The notes under the pieces: model-generated
Told to the model about the DNA's origin: nothing
Database searches by the model: none
What the model saw: only the letters and a program-made list of their open reading frames with translations
Assembly: GCA_043732485.1 (NCBI GenBank)
Contig: JAYTHP010000027.1
Coordinates: forward strand, 1 to 44,522
Direction of reading: 5' to 3'
Length of the DNA: 44,522 nucleotides
DNA from: Oligoflexia bacterium
GTDB lineage: Bacteria; Bdellovibrionota; UBA1018
Program-made: the position numbers and the translations under genes
Shown: positions 9,206-18,685 of the stretch, piece after piece
Position numbering within the stretch: the first letter of the stretch is position 1
How the letters are laid out: each line of letters opens with the position of its first letter

Positions 9206-10135
9206 ATGAAGTCGCGGCCCAAAAAGCGCTTTTTTCCGATCAATCTCATCGAACTGCTGGTTTTTTTCGCCTTAACCAGCGCCTTAAGCCTTTCCTTAGT
9301 ACGCCTGCTGGAAAAACCCCTCACCTACCACCCTAGCTTACTGCTGACCCAGGTCGCAAATCCCCTCTTAGGAGAGCTGAACGCCAGTCCCACCCCCCCG
9401 CCCCGCAGGCCTGCTTCCCAAGATTTTGCGCCTCAAACGGCTGCTCCTGCCCTGACGCTGGCACCTACGACGGTGGCAGTCACCTTCCAGCAAACTAGCA
9501 CAACCTTGAGCAAAATCGAAACCCTCAGCTTCAGTTGTTCTGAGCCCGCTTTGTTGCCCGCGATGGCCAAGCGAGTCAGGCTCAAAGGCACGCTTTGTGC
9601 CCCCGATCAGCTCCCCGAGAACGCCTCCCTGAGGCTTGAGCGCGCTAACAGTAAAATTGCGGAAGTTTTTTACGAACCAAAGAGCCACGTTTTCTCGACC
9701 GAGTATTTCCAGCTTGAGCCTGGCAGAAACCGGGTGCACCTGCGGATCCTGCAAGGCCCGAACACCCATCCGCTTCTGCCGCTGCCTGAGAAAGAAGCCT
9801 TCCAAAGTTTCGAGATTGATGGCCCCCCAGTAATTGAGACCCCGGCTGTGGTAACGCCGCCCGAAACCAAGCCTAAACTTAAAGGGGACGCCCCCCCGCT
9901 TACGAGCTCGAGCAACGCCCAGACGCACCCTCAATTCGAAACGGAACTGGAAGACGAAGCTGAGCTCGAAGCGGAAAACGACCCTGAGCGGGAAACCAGG
10001 CTCGAGCCCCCACACGAGTCAGGAAGCGAGGCCGCAGGGAAGCAAGAGAACCCATCCCGACAACAAGAAGAAGCGTCGCTGCAGCTGACTCCCCAAGCTC
10101 TCGTCGGCTACAAGACACCTCCTCCTTGCGCCTGA
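9206..10135 (+). CDS. Hypothetical membrane-anchored protein with Pro-rich linker and acidic tail
   Basis: Long ORF: basic N-terminus, one TM helix, RRPAS motif, beta-rich segment with two Cys, Glu-rich C-terminus. ATG 9206 preferred over TTG 9122. Confidence 0.65.
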   Translation: MKSRPKKRFFPINLIELLVFFALTSALSLSLVRLLEKPLTYHPSLLLTQVANPLLGELNASPTPPPRRPASQDFAPQTAAPALTLAPTTVAVTFQQTSTTLSKIETLSFSCSEPALLPAMAKRVRLKGTLCAPDQLPENASLRLERANSKIAEVFYEPKSHVFSTEYFQLEPGRNRVHLRILQGPNTHPLLPLPEKEAFQSFEIDGPPVIETPAVVTPPETKPKLKGDAPPLTSSSNAQTHPQFETELEDEAELEAENDPERETRLEPPHESGSEAAGKQENPSRQQEEASLQLTPQALVGYKTPPPCA

Positions 10136-10535
10136 CGACAACGACCGCCGTGAGCGAAACCGACACTCTCCGTATTCCTTCGCAGCCTCCCTCAACCGAT
10201 GCCCCCCCATGATAGGTCGCCTGACTCCCCGCCGGTTGCAAGATCAACCCGTGTGATGCACTTTATTTTTGCTCACAAAGTCACCCACACGCGGGGGCGT
10301 TCTGCCCCGCTCATCCCTTGCTGGAGGAAAGCTAAGAACTCTACGCGCAAGAGCCGTTAAAAGCGGGACTATCAAGCGCTCAGTGCGAGAGGAAAAAAAG
10401 CTTGCCTTCAGTCAGCCTCACACAAAAGCACTAGTATCCTGTCCGGGATTCAGGTAAGACAAGCAGGCGTTGCAGCAAAAAGCAACCAAAGACGACTCCT
10501 CACCGCACGTTCACCTCGTGTGAGCTGAGATCTGT

Positions 10536-10619
10536 GCCCAGGTGGTGGAATTGGTAGACACATTCGTTTCAGGGGCGGACGCCAAAAGCATGCTGGTTCG
10601 AGTCCAGTCCTGGGCACCA
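10536..10619 (+). tRNA. tRNA-Leu(CAG)
   Basis: Acceptor GCCCAGG/CCTGGGC, D-loop GGAATTGGTAGAC, anticodon loop TTCAGGG, variable arm, GGTTCGAGTCC, encoded ACCA. Confidence 0.95.
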
Positions 10620-11088
10620 ACTTTTTAAGCTTTTTTTCAGTGATCTCGCCTCTCTCAACCGAACGACGGCTGACCAATCAGCCTCTCCGCTGCTCAGCTT
10701 AACAGCAACTTGAAAGAAAACTAATAAAGAGAGCGCACACGCGCCCGCCCGCCCTCTCTCTTCCCCCCTTCGAACCCCACAACACCTTTTTTTAAGCAAT
10801 ATGACTTGCGACCAAGCTGCGTCAGCATGTGGGGAAGCGTTTAGGGAAGCATGAGAAGAAACGAGTGGTCAGTGGAAGGCAGACAAGAAAGAGTGAAAGC
10901 GCAAAAAAGAGCGTTGTACGCAGCGACAACGCCCACGCGCCCCGAGTGGTGGGTGTGCTTGTTGAGCGCGTCTCTCACAGGGGAGGGGTCACGCCTAGAG
11001 GAGCTCGGGTTTTTTGCCTACCCCTGCGCTTGCTGCAACGAGCACCTCAAAAACTCTAAAGCGCGTGCAACAAGCTTTCTGGCAACGG

Positions 11089-12159
11089 CTAGATCTGCTC
11101 GGCCTCGGGCAGCTCGAGGTTCTCAGCCCCTATCGCAGACCCGCCTCCCTTATTGGAGAGAATCAGCCCGCGCTTTCGCAGCTTCTCCACCAAAGTCGTG
11201 CGGTTCATTTGCAGTAATTCACTGGCACGGTTCTTGTTGCCGCTCGTGCGTGACAACGCCTGATCCACCAAGTCGTTTTCAAAAGCCAACACCATCGCCT
11301 TCAAATCTAACCCAGTTTGCGGCAACATGATCTTGGGGAAACTGCTATCTGAAACCGCCCCAGCCCCGCTGGTCGAGCGGGAAGCCATAAAATTTTGAAA
11401 GATGCGATGTGGCAAATCTCCTAAATCCACGGCGCCACTGCCCTTTAAAATCACCAGGCGCTCCATCAAATTCTCAAGCTCACGAATATTGCCCGGCCAG
11501 TCATAGCTTATCAAGGCCTCTAGGATCTGTCCCGAGGGAGCCTCGACAGCTCGGCCCGTTAAGCGATTAAACTCCTGAACAAAGTGCGAAACCAGCAGCG
11601 GAATGTCGCTGCGTCTTTCTCGGAGGGCAGGAATCTTCACCGGAATGACGTTAAGTCTATAATACAAGTCTTCGCGAAATTCCTTACGCGCCACCGCTTC
11701 CTCTAAATCACGGTTGGTGGCGGCAATGATGCGCACGTCCACTTCCATCGTCTTAGAGGACCCAATCGGCTCAAATTGCCGCATCTGTAAAACCCGCAGC
11801 AACTTGACTTGTACCTGCAAGGGAATGTCAGCTATTTCATCTAAAAAAATTGTGCCTAAATGGGCCGCTTCAAAGCGCCCCTGGCGATTTTGGGTGGCCC
11901 CCGTGAAAGCCCCCTTCATGTGGCCAAAAAACTCGGCTTCCAGCAAATCCGGGGGAATGGCCCCGCAATTCACCACCACCATCGGCTTAGCGGCGCGCGC
12001 CGATTGATCATGAATCGCCTGTGCCACCAGCTCTTTTCCCGTGCCACTCTCACCGGTAATCAGCACCGTGCTATCGGATTGTGATAACTTTTCAATGGTG
12101 CGAAAAAGTTCCTGAATCTCTTGACTTTCACCTACCAACGGAGAACGAAATGCTAACAT
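11089..12159 (-). CDS. Sigma-54 enhancer-binding protein without an N-terminal regulatory domain (FleQ/FlrA-like)
   Basis: Starts directly at the AAA+ domain; GESGTGKE, GAFTGA, FLDEI, WPGNIRELEN; HTH NRTTLVEKLRK. SD-like GAGGGGAG precedes the ATG. Confidence 0.9.
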   Translation of the reverse strand: MLAFRSPLVGESQEIQELFRTIEKLSQSDSTVLITGESGTGKELVAQAIHDQSARAAKPMVVVNCGAIPPDLLEAEFFGHMKGAFTGATQNRQGRFEAAHLGTIFLDEIADIPLQVQVKLLRVLQMRQFEPIGSSKTMEVDVRIIAATNRDLEEAVARKEFREDLYYRLNVIPVKIPALRERRSDIPLLVSHFVQEFNRLTGRAVEAPSGQILEALISYDWPGNIRELENLMERLVILKGSGAVDLGDLPHRIFQNFMASRSTSGAGAVSDSSFPKIMLPQTGLDLKAMVLAFENDLVDQALSRTSGNKNRASELLQMNRTTLVEKLRKRGLILSNKGGGSAIGAENLELPEAEQI

Positions 12160-12331
12160 TGTGCTTATCTCCCCTCACCTGAGTTGCAACACCTATTTCT
12201 ACAGCGGGTGCCCCTCAAAAAGAATAAGCAAAAAAATTCAAACTGTCAAAAATTATTTTTTTTTATTATTAATAGATTAGCACTGCAAGTGCAATCCGGC
12301 TTTCATAGTTCAACCGCAGCGCCCACTTGTC

Positions 12332-13546
12332 TCACAAGAGCGCTTGCAGCGCCGCGACATGGTCCAGCTTTTCCCAATGAAAATCAGGATCTAGCCTACC
12401 AAAATGGCCATAAGCAGCCGTCTTGCGGTAAATCGGGCGCAGTAAGTTCAAAGAAGCCACCATGCCTGCAGGAGTTAAAGCAAACGTTTGATTGACGGCT
12501 TGCTGCAAGCGCTCCCGCGCCACCGTTTCCGTCCCAAAAGTCTCCACCATCACCCCGACCGGCTCTGCCACCCCAATGGCGTAAGCCAACTGGACTAAAC
12601 AACGCGTCGCTAAGCCTGCTGCCACGATATTTTTTGCCACATAGCGCGCCATGTAACACGCCGTGCGATCGACCTTGGAGGGATCCTTACCAGAAAAAGC
12701 TCCACCGCCATGCGCGCCGTGGCCGCCGTAAGTGTCGACAATGATTTTTCGTCCCGTTAACCCACAATCACCAGCCGGCCCCCCCACCACAAATCTTCCC
12801 GTGGGGTTGATGTAAATGCGGGTCTGGGCATCTCGCCACTCCGCAGGCACCACAGGCTCAATCACCTCAGCCCGAATCGCCGCTTGAATCTCCTCATAAC
12901 TCACCTCAGGATCATGCTGGGCTGAAACCACAATCGCATCACAACGCTTGGGCACCGCCCACTCCCCCTTCACGCCCCCACCTACCGCCTGGGTTTCATA
13001 CTGAAACGTCACTTGCGTTTTGCCGTCAGGCCTTAACCAGGGTAATCGTCCGTTTTTACGCACTTCGGCAAGCTTTTGCGCCAACTTGTGGGCATAATCG
13101 AGGGTATACGGCATCAACGTCGCTGATTCTCGCACCGCGTAACCAAACATCAAACCCTGATCGCCTGCACCTTGCTCTTGCTGATGCGCTAAGCCTTGCC
13201 CGGCCGTCACCCCCCGCGAAATGTCAGGCGATTGCTGCCCCACTAAGACTTGAATCTGACAGGTCCGGTAATCCAAGCCCTTACTTTCGGCATCATAGCC
13301 AATCTGCTGGATCACCCCTCGCACCACCTGATCAAAATCCACCTTGGCTAGCGTACTCAGCTCGCCTGCCACAATCACATGATTGCCACTGAGCAGAGTT
13401 TCAGCCGCGACGCGTGCCAACGGATCCTGACGCAAACACTCATCTAAGATCGCATCTGAGATTTGATCAGCAATTTTATCAGGATGGCCCTCAGTCACCG
13501 ACTCTGAAGTAAAAAGGTTCGATGTGGACAAATGCTCTGAAGTCAT
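12332..13546 (-). CDS. metK: S-adenosylmethionine synthetase
   Basis: [54 protein letters not shown]. Start set at MTSEH. Confidence 0.98.
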   Translation of the reverse strand: MTSEHLSTSNLFTSESVTEGHPDKIADQISDAILDECLRQDPLARVAAETLLSGNHVIVAGELSTLAKVDFDQVVRGVIQQIGYDAESKGLDYRTCQIQVLVGQQSPDISRGVTAGQGLAHQQEQGAGDQGLMFGYAVRESATLMPYTLDYAHKLAQKLAEVRKNGRLPWLRPDGKTQVTFQYETQAVGGGVKGEWAVPKRCDAIVVSAQHDPEVSYEEIQAAIRAEVIEPVVPAEWRDAQTRIYINPTGRFVVGGPAGDCGLTGRKIIVDTYGGHGAHGGGAFSGKDPSKVDRTACYMARYVAKNIVAAGLATRCLVQLAYAIGVAEPVGVMVETFGTETVARERLQQAVNQTFALTPAGMVASLNLLRPIYRKTAAYGHFGRLDPDFHWEKLDHVAALQALL

Positions 13547-14005
13547 CACGAAGGTTTCCTTACGGGAGGTGGGTTGTGTGGGTTGCGGGAAAAAAACTGG
13601 AGGAACTTTCGGGAGAAAAAGGGAAGAAAGCAAAAGAAAAAGACGTAAAGCGCAAGGGGCGCAAGCCAAAGCGCGCGCTTTGCAAGCCCACAGCACCCTT
13701 CCTCTCACCTCTGTCACTCTCGAAGCCACTTGAAAATTAAGCAAGAATCAGAAACAACAAGAAGGAACCTGCCTGTTTTAGGACATAAGCCGAGGAAATC
13801 CCGCTTTTTTAAGGCGGCTGACGTGCGTCAGGTGACGAGCTCCCCTTCAACTCTCAAGCGAGCTGAAGTGACTGCCGTAGCCAGTAACGTTCCGAAAAGA
13901 CTTAGAAACTAAGACTAAAATTAGCATAGGCCTCGGCGACTGAGACGGCAGAAGTGAGCGACGAGAGCTTTAAACACGCCTCTCGCTCCAGCCCCTCTTC
14001 CCCAC

Positions 14006-14134
14006 TTAAGACTCGAAGTGGATGGCAAACTTAGGGGTGGTACCCTTGTTTTGCTCTTTGCGCTTGCGCGTCTTGCCTTTTCTGGCTTGTCGAATTTTTC
14101 GAGCTGTTTTAGTTTTCATCATCCGCGACGGCAT
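14006..14134 (-). CDS. Small highly basic protein (42 aa), absent from the ORF track
   Basis: MPSRMMKTKTARKIRQARKGKTRKRKEQNKGTTPKFAIHFES*, with SD AAGGGAG 9 nt upstream of the ATG. Co-oriented between uvrD and metK. Confidence 0.75.
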   Translation of the reverse strand: MPSRMMKTKTARKIRQARKGKTRKRKEQNKGTTPKFAIHFES

Positions 14135-14252
14135 TGGTAATGTCTCCCTTAAAAGTGACCGTTTTTTCTTCCCAGTCATTACAATTTTTTAGTAAAAAAG
14201 TCAAAGACTTAAAAGTAGACTCGCAGCCGCTTTTAGCAAGCGGCCCCCTCCC

Positions 14253-16736
14253 TCAGTGCACAAACGACTCCACATAGCGCAGCAAGAATTTGCGCGACCC
14301 TTGGGTGCGAAACTGAATGGTGACTTTTTGCTCCAATCCCGCCCCCTCAATGGCGATGATTTGCCCACTGCCGTATTGCGGATGGGTCAACTGACTCCCC
14401 ACCCAGTCGCGATTGACCGCAAGCGTCGGCTCGTCACTGCCCCCCCCGAACACCGCCTGCACGTCGCCTCCCACACTGCCTCTTCCCGCGCTGCCGCTGC
14501 CGCGAAACACCTGCCCGGCCCGACCCGGCTCGGCAGTTAGCCCGGCAGTTAGCCCGGCAGTTAAATGACGCGAGGATCCCGTGCGGTAACGCGGCGACGA
14601 ATCATCGCCTAGGCGGGGGCTTGCAAAATCACGAAACTCTAAGAGCTCTTCGGGGATTTCCTGAAAAAAGCGCGACGGCCGCTGATAACTCGTCTGCCCC
14701 CAGATCCGACGCACCATCACGCCTAACAGGTAAAGCTGCTCGCGTGCGCGCGTGATCCCCACGTAACACAGCCTGCGCTCTTCTTCCAGCTCCTCTCGGG
14801 CCTCCTCTTGAGCTTCCCCCCGCTCCTCCTCACTCCCTTGACCTGGCAAAGCAAACGTGGCTGCTCTCCCTTTGAGAGAGGGAAATAAGCCGTCTTCCAT
14901 CCCCACCATGAACACCACCGGAAACTCCAACCCCTTGGAGGAATGGAAGGTCATCAACTTCACGCTCGGTAAACTCTCATCGACCACCTCCCCTTCTGAA
15001 GAAAGAGAAGATTGCTCAATGAAATTCAGCAATAACAACCCACGTTTTTGCGCCCAGTCACTCTCACTCAAGCCCTCTAACTGCTCCTCCTCAAACTCCA
15101 GCAAGAGCGTGCTGAGTTCCTCTAAGTTCTCCACCCGGGCTTGCGCCTCAGGCGTGCCCTCTTGCCGCAACTCCATCACGTACTGGGTGTCCTCTAAAAT
15201 GCGGTAATAAAGCTCACTGAGCAACAAACTGGGCTGAGCCTCACTCCAGCCTTGCACCATCTTGGTAAAACTCACTAATTTACGCAGGATGGCAGGCGAG
15301 CAATCGGCCAGCACTCCCGGACTACCTGACACCCGCGGCTCGCTCGCCAGCCGCTCCAAAACCCCCCACAACGATCCGCAGCCGGCCTGATCCCCAAGGA
15401 CCACCGCCTGCTCCACTTTTTGCAAGGTGGTCTTGCCTAAACCCCGTGCGGGCACGTTCAAGATGCGCTTCAAACTCACGGAGTCCAAGGGGTTTAAAAT
15501 GACCTTAAAAAAGCTTAAAATATCCTTGATTTCCTTACGATCGTAGAAGCGCAAACCGCCTACGATCTTATAAGGGACCTTCTCGCGCCTGAGCACATCT
15601 TCAAACTGCCGACTCTGAGCGTGGGTGCGGTAAAAAATGGCAAAATCCTGATAGCTCCTTACTGACAACGAGGACAACGACGCCCCGGCGCTTTGCATCT
15701 CGCCCTGCACCTCTGCCACCACCATCTCCGCTTCCGCCCGCTCATCCATGAGTTGCGCGCGGATGGGCCTGGCGCCCTCAGGGTTTTCCGTCCAAAGCGA
15801 CTTCGGCCGCCTACGCTGATTGTGCGCAATCACCCCGCCTGCGACTTGCAAGATTCTTTGGGTGGAGCGATAGTTTTGCTCCAACTGCACGACCTGCGCC
15901 CCCGGATAATCCTGCTCGAAGTTCAAAATATTAGAAATATCAGCCCCGCGCCACTTGTAAATCGACTGATCCTCATCCCCCACCACGCAGATATTTTGCT
16001 TCCCCCCGAAACGGGTCTGCGCCAACTGCGCGAGCAACAAATACTGCGCGCGGTTGGTGTCTTGATACTCATCGACATGGAGATAGCGGTATTTTTGCTG
16101 ATAGTGGGCCCGCACCTCCGGGTAGTCGCGCAGCAAGCGGTAAGCCAAACAGATGATCTCACCAAAATCCACCGCAGAGTTGGCCATCAACTGCGTCTGG
16201 TAGGCGCCGTAAACCGATCGCAATTCCGGCTCCAAGTCACCTTCCTCAAGCGCATCGCATTTGGCTCGGTTAATGGCCGCTTGCAAGGACTTGGGTTGAC
16301 GCTCTTTTTCTGAAATCCCTAACTGCTCCATCACCGTCTTCAGTAAGCTCAATTGGTCGGCGTCGTCGTAAATCACAAAAGGCTTTTGAAACCCAGCCCG
16401 CGCCGCTTCCGCCCGCAACAGCTTCAAACTGACCGAATGAAAGGTGCCGATTTCTGGAAAGCCCCAGGCACTGCCACCCCAAGCCCGCGGGGCTGGGCAA
16501 CCTAAAAGATGCGCCACCCGCTCGCGCATTTCGCCGGCAGCCTTATTCGTGAAGGTCACGGCTAGGACTTCATGCGCCGCAACTTTTTGCTCTAAAATCA
16601 AGTAGGCCATGCGGGCCGTCAGCATCTTGGTCTTGCCAGAGCCCGCGCCAGCAAGCACCATCAGCGGTCCTTGCGTAGTCAGCACGGCTTGCTCTTGCTT
16701 AGGATTTAAAGGAGAGGCTAACCAAGAAAAACTCAT
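14253..16736 (-). CDS. pcrA: ATP-dependent DNA helicase UvrD/PcrA
   Basis: AGAGSGKT, VTFTNKAA, VDEYQDTN, VGDEDQSIYKWRGA, LEQNYRS, HSSKGLEF, EEERRLCYVGITRA, C-terminal Tudor-like HPQYGSG. Confidence 0.96.
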   Translation of the reverse strand: MSFSWLASPLNPKQEQAVLTTQGPLMVLAGAGSGKTKMLTARMAYLILEQKVAAHEVLAVTFTNKAAGEMRERVAHLLGCPAPRAWGGSAWGFPEIGTFHSVSLKLLRAEAARAGFQKPFVIYDDADQLSLLKTVMEQLGISEKERQPKSLQAAINRAKCDALEEGDLEPELRSVYGAYQTQLMANSAVDFGEIICLAYRLLRDYPEVRAHYQQKYRYLHVDEYQDTNRAQYLLLAQLAQTRFGGKQNICVVGDEDQSIYKWRGADISNILNFEQDYPGAQVVQLEQNYRSTQRILQVAGGVIAHNQRRRPKSLWTENPEGARPIRAQLMDERAEAEMVVAEVQGEMQSAGASLSSLSVRSYQDFAIFYRTHAQSRQFEDVLRREKVPYKIVGGLRFYDRKEIKDILSFFKVILNPLDSVSLKRILNVPARGLGKTTLQKVEQAVVLGDQAGCGSLWGVLERLASEPRVSGSPGVLADCSPAILRKLVSFTKMVQGWSEAQPSLLLSELYYRILEDTQYVMELRQEGTPEAQARVENLEELSTLLLEFEEEQLEGLSESDWAQKRGLLLLNFIEQSSLSSEGEVVDESLPSVKLMTFHSSKGLEFPVVFMVGMEDGLFPSLKGRAATFALPGQGSEEERGEAQEEAREELEEERRLCYVGITRAREQLYLLGVMVRRIWGQTSYQRPSRFFQEIPEELLEFRDFASPRLGDDSSPRYRTGSSRHLTAGLTAGLTAEPGRAGQVFRGSGSAGRGSVGGDVQAVFGGGSDEPTLAVNRDWVGSQLTHPQYGSGQIIAIEGAGLEQKVTIQFRTQGSRKFLLRYVESFVH
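14531..14563. repeat. 12-bp in-frame tandem repeat, about 2.75 copies (LTAG-LTAG-LTAE)
   Basis: CGGCAGTTAGCC CGGCAGTTAGCC CGGCAGTTA. Confidence 0.9.
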
Positions 16737-18685
16737 TCCACCGTCACACTTTTTGCTAAATTACGCGGTCGATCCACATCCGTTCCTAAAGACACCGCGC
16801 GGTAATAGCTGATCAGTTGCACAACCGGAGCCAAAAGGAAAGGTAAAAGGTCGGCGTCCATGCCCAACCTGTCTTGACCGGACTCCTGAGAAACCACTTG
16901 CCCGCCCCGTAAAGGCACGAGCGGGATCCAGTGGTCGCACAACTCCCTTAAATCGCAATCCGCCGCATCCCCTACCCCAATCAGCTGCGCGCCTCGTGCC
17001 TTTACCTCAGCCAGATTCGAAAGCGTCTTATCGCGCCAAGAGTCGCGCGGCGCAAGCACGATCACGCCCATGCCGGCATCTATCATCGCAATCGGACCGT
17101 GCTTCAACTCTCCTGCTGCGTAGCCTTCAGCATGATCATAGGCCAATTCCTTCAACTTCAAGGCCCCCTCAAGCGCAATTGGGTAGGACAAGCCACGCCC
17201 TAAAAAAAAGAAACCCTTCATCGATCCAAAGGCTTGCACCGTTTTTTGAACCTTGAGCAGAGTCTCCGAGGTGGGCGCCAGCATCTGACTCACTAGCTCA
17301 GGGAGCCTGAGCAAGTCTTGGAACTTTTGCGAAAAATCCAAGTCTGCCCCAGCCTGAGCAGCCATCGTCGTCGCAGCAGCCGCAGCCGCCTTCCGCCCTA
17401 AGCTGCCTGCAATCAGGTACAAGGCTAAGAGTTGCCCTAAAAAGCTTTTCGTCGAAGCCACCCCAATTTCAGGCCCCGCTGAGGTGTAAAACACCGCATC
17501 CGCCTCTTGCGCAAGCGAACTTAACCTAACGTTGGTGATAGCAATGGTTGCCACCCCTAAGCGCTTCACCTCGCGCAGCACGGCCAAGGTATCCGCCGTC
17601 TCCCCGGATTGCGAGATCCCGACCACTACAGCGTTGGGCCTGAGCACGGGCTTGCGGTAACGAAACTCGCTTGCAAGCTCACTGGAAACCGATTTGCGTG
17701 CTAAACTCTCAATCCAGTATTTCCCCAGCAAGGCGGCATGCCAGGACGTACCACAGGCGATGAGGTGAATCTCACTGGCTTGCTCCAGTAAATCCACCCC
17801 GGGCTGCGGATGCAACGCAAAGGGCTCGGCGCTCAACCCATCGACCAAGCCATTGAGGGTGGCAATCAAGGTGGCAGGCTGTTCGTAGATCTCTTTTAAC
17901 ATGTAATGCGGCATACCCCCTAACTCAAGGGTTGCAGCCACCCCGTCTAACACCACCCACTCCCGTGGCTTAGCCTCCTCACCGGTTGCGAGATCAAAAA
18001 TCTTAGTCTGCCCCCCTGCACGCACCACCACGCCTTCGCCTTGCTCTAAAAACAGCACCTGCGAGGTAAGGTGTAAGAGCGCGTAGGCATCACTTGCCAA
18101 GGCCACGCCGCTAGCATCACGCCCCATCACCAGCGGCGAACCCTGCCGCACGCCCACCATCACCCCGGGCTCCCGCTCGGAAAGCACCACCACACTGCAC
18201 TGCCCTTGCAGGCGCCTGAAGCTCAGGCGCACCGCCTCCACCAGACTTTGCCCCGCATCCATGAAGTCTAAGATTAAAAATGCCAACAATTCACTATCCG
18301 TCTCCGAGCGAGGCTGATGACCCAAGGCCACCAGCTCGCGCCGCAACTCCAGATAATTCTCAATAATGCCGTTGTGCACCAGCACCACATGACCCGCCTG
18401 GTGCGGATGAGCATTTTGCGCCGAGGGCTTACCATGAGTAGCCCAGCGCGTATGTCCAATACCCCATTGCAAGCTCGCTGAGCCGGACGGCTGCCTCACG
18501 CCCGCTACCGCTAAAGCCGCTTGCAAATTCGCCAACCGCCCTTCGGTCTTAACAATCAGAAAATGCGGCGGCTGCCAAATTGCTACCCCCGCAGAATCGT
18601 AACCGCGATACTCGAGCTTCGCCAAACCCTGCAAAAGCAACGTCGTCACGTCTTGCTGGCCCACATAACCGACTATTCCGCACAT
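16733..18685 (-). CDS. glmS: Glutamine-fructose-6-phosphate transaminase (isomerizing)
   Basis: MCGIVG start, LEYRGYDSAG, GHTRWATHG, SQSGETADT, ELKHGP, PRNLAKSVTVE. Confidence 0.98.
   Translation of the reverse strand: MCGIVGYVGQQDVTTLLLQGLAKLEYRGYDSAGVAIWQPPHFLIVKTEGRLANLQAALAVAGVRQPSGSASLQWGIGHTRWATHGKPSAQNAHPHQAGHVVLVHNGIIENYLELRRELVALGHQPRSETDSELLAFLILDFMDAGQSLVEAVRLSFRRLQGQCSVVVLSEREPGVMVGVRQGSPLVMGRDASGVALASDAYALLHLTSQVLFLEQGEGVVVRAGGQTKIFDLATGEEAKPREWVVLDGVAATLELGGMPHYMLKEIYEQPATLIATLNGLVDGLSAEPFALHPQPGVDLLEQASEIHLIACGTSWHAALLGKYWIESLARKSVSSELASEFRYRKPVLRPNAVVVGISQSGETADTLAVLREVKRLGVATIAITNVRLSSLAQEADAVFYTSAGPEIGVASTKSFLGQLLALYLIAGSLGRKAAAAAATTMAAQAGADLDFSQKFQDLLRLPELVSQMLAPTSETLLKVQKTVQAFGSMKGFFFLGRGLSYPIALEGALKLKELAYDHAEGYAAGELKHGPIAMIDAGMGVIVLAPRDSWRDKTLSNLAEVKARGAQLIGVGDAADCDLRELCDHWIPLVPLRGGQVVSQESGQDRLGMDADLLPFLLAPVVQLISYYRAVSLGTDVDRPRNLAKSVTVE

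Noticed and set aside
9368..10015. Long antisense or overlapping ORFs (e.g. 9368-10015, 15693-16313, 21935-22489, 33602-34144)
   Set aside because: They are shadows of better-supported genes and have no recognisable motifs.
10620..11088. Integrative element at tRNA-Leu (also considered at tRNA-Thr)
   Set aside because: No integrase, and I saw no duplicated tRNA 3' end.
11223..11240. Sigma-54 promoter-like TGGCACGGTTCTTGT
   Set aside because: The -12 element is GT rather than GC, and it lies antisense inside a coding region.
13547..13744. ORF-track N-terminal extension of MetK (likewise GlmS 18686-18901, Lon 21318-21590, DksA 20749-20826)
   Set aside because: Conserved N-termini and SD-like sequences point to downstream ATGs; the extensions are non-homologous read-through.
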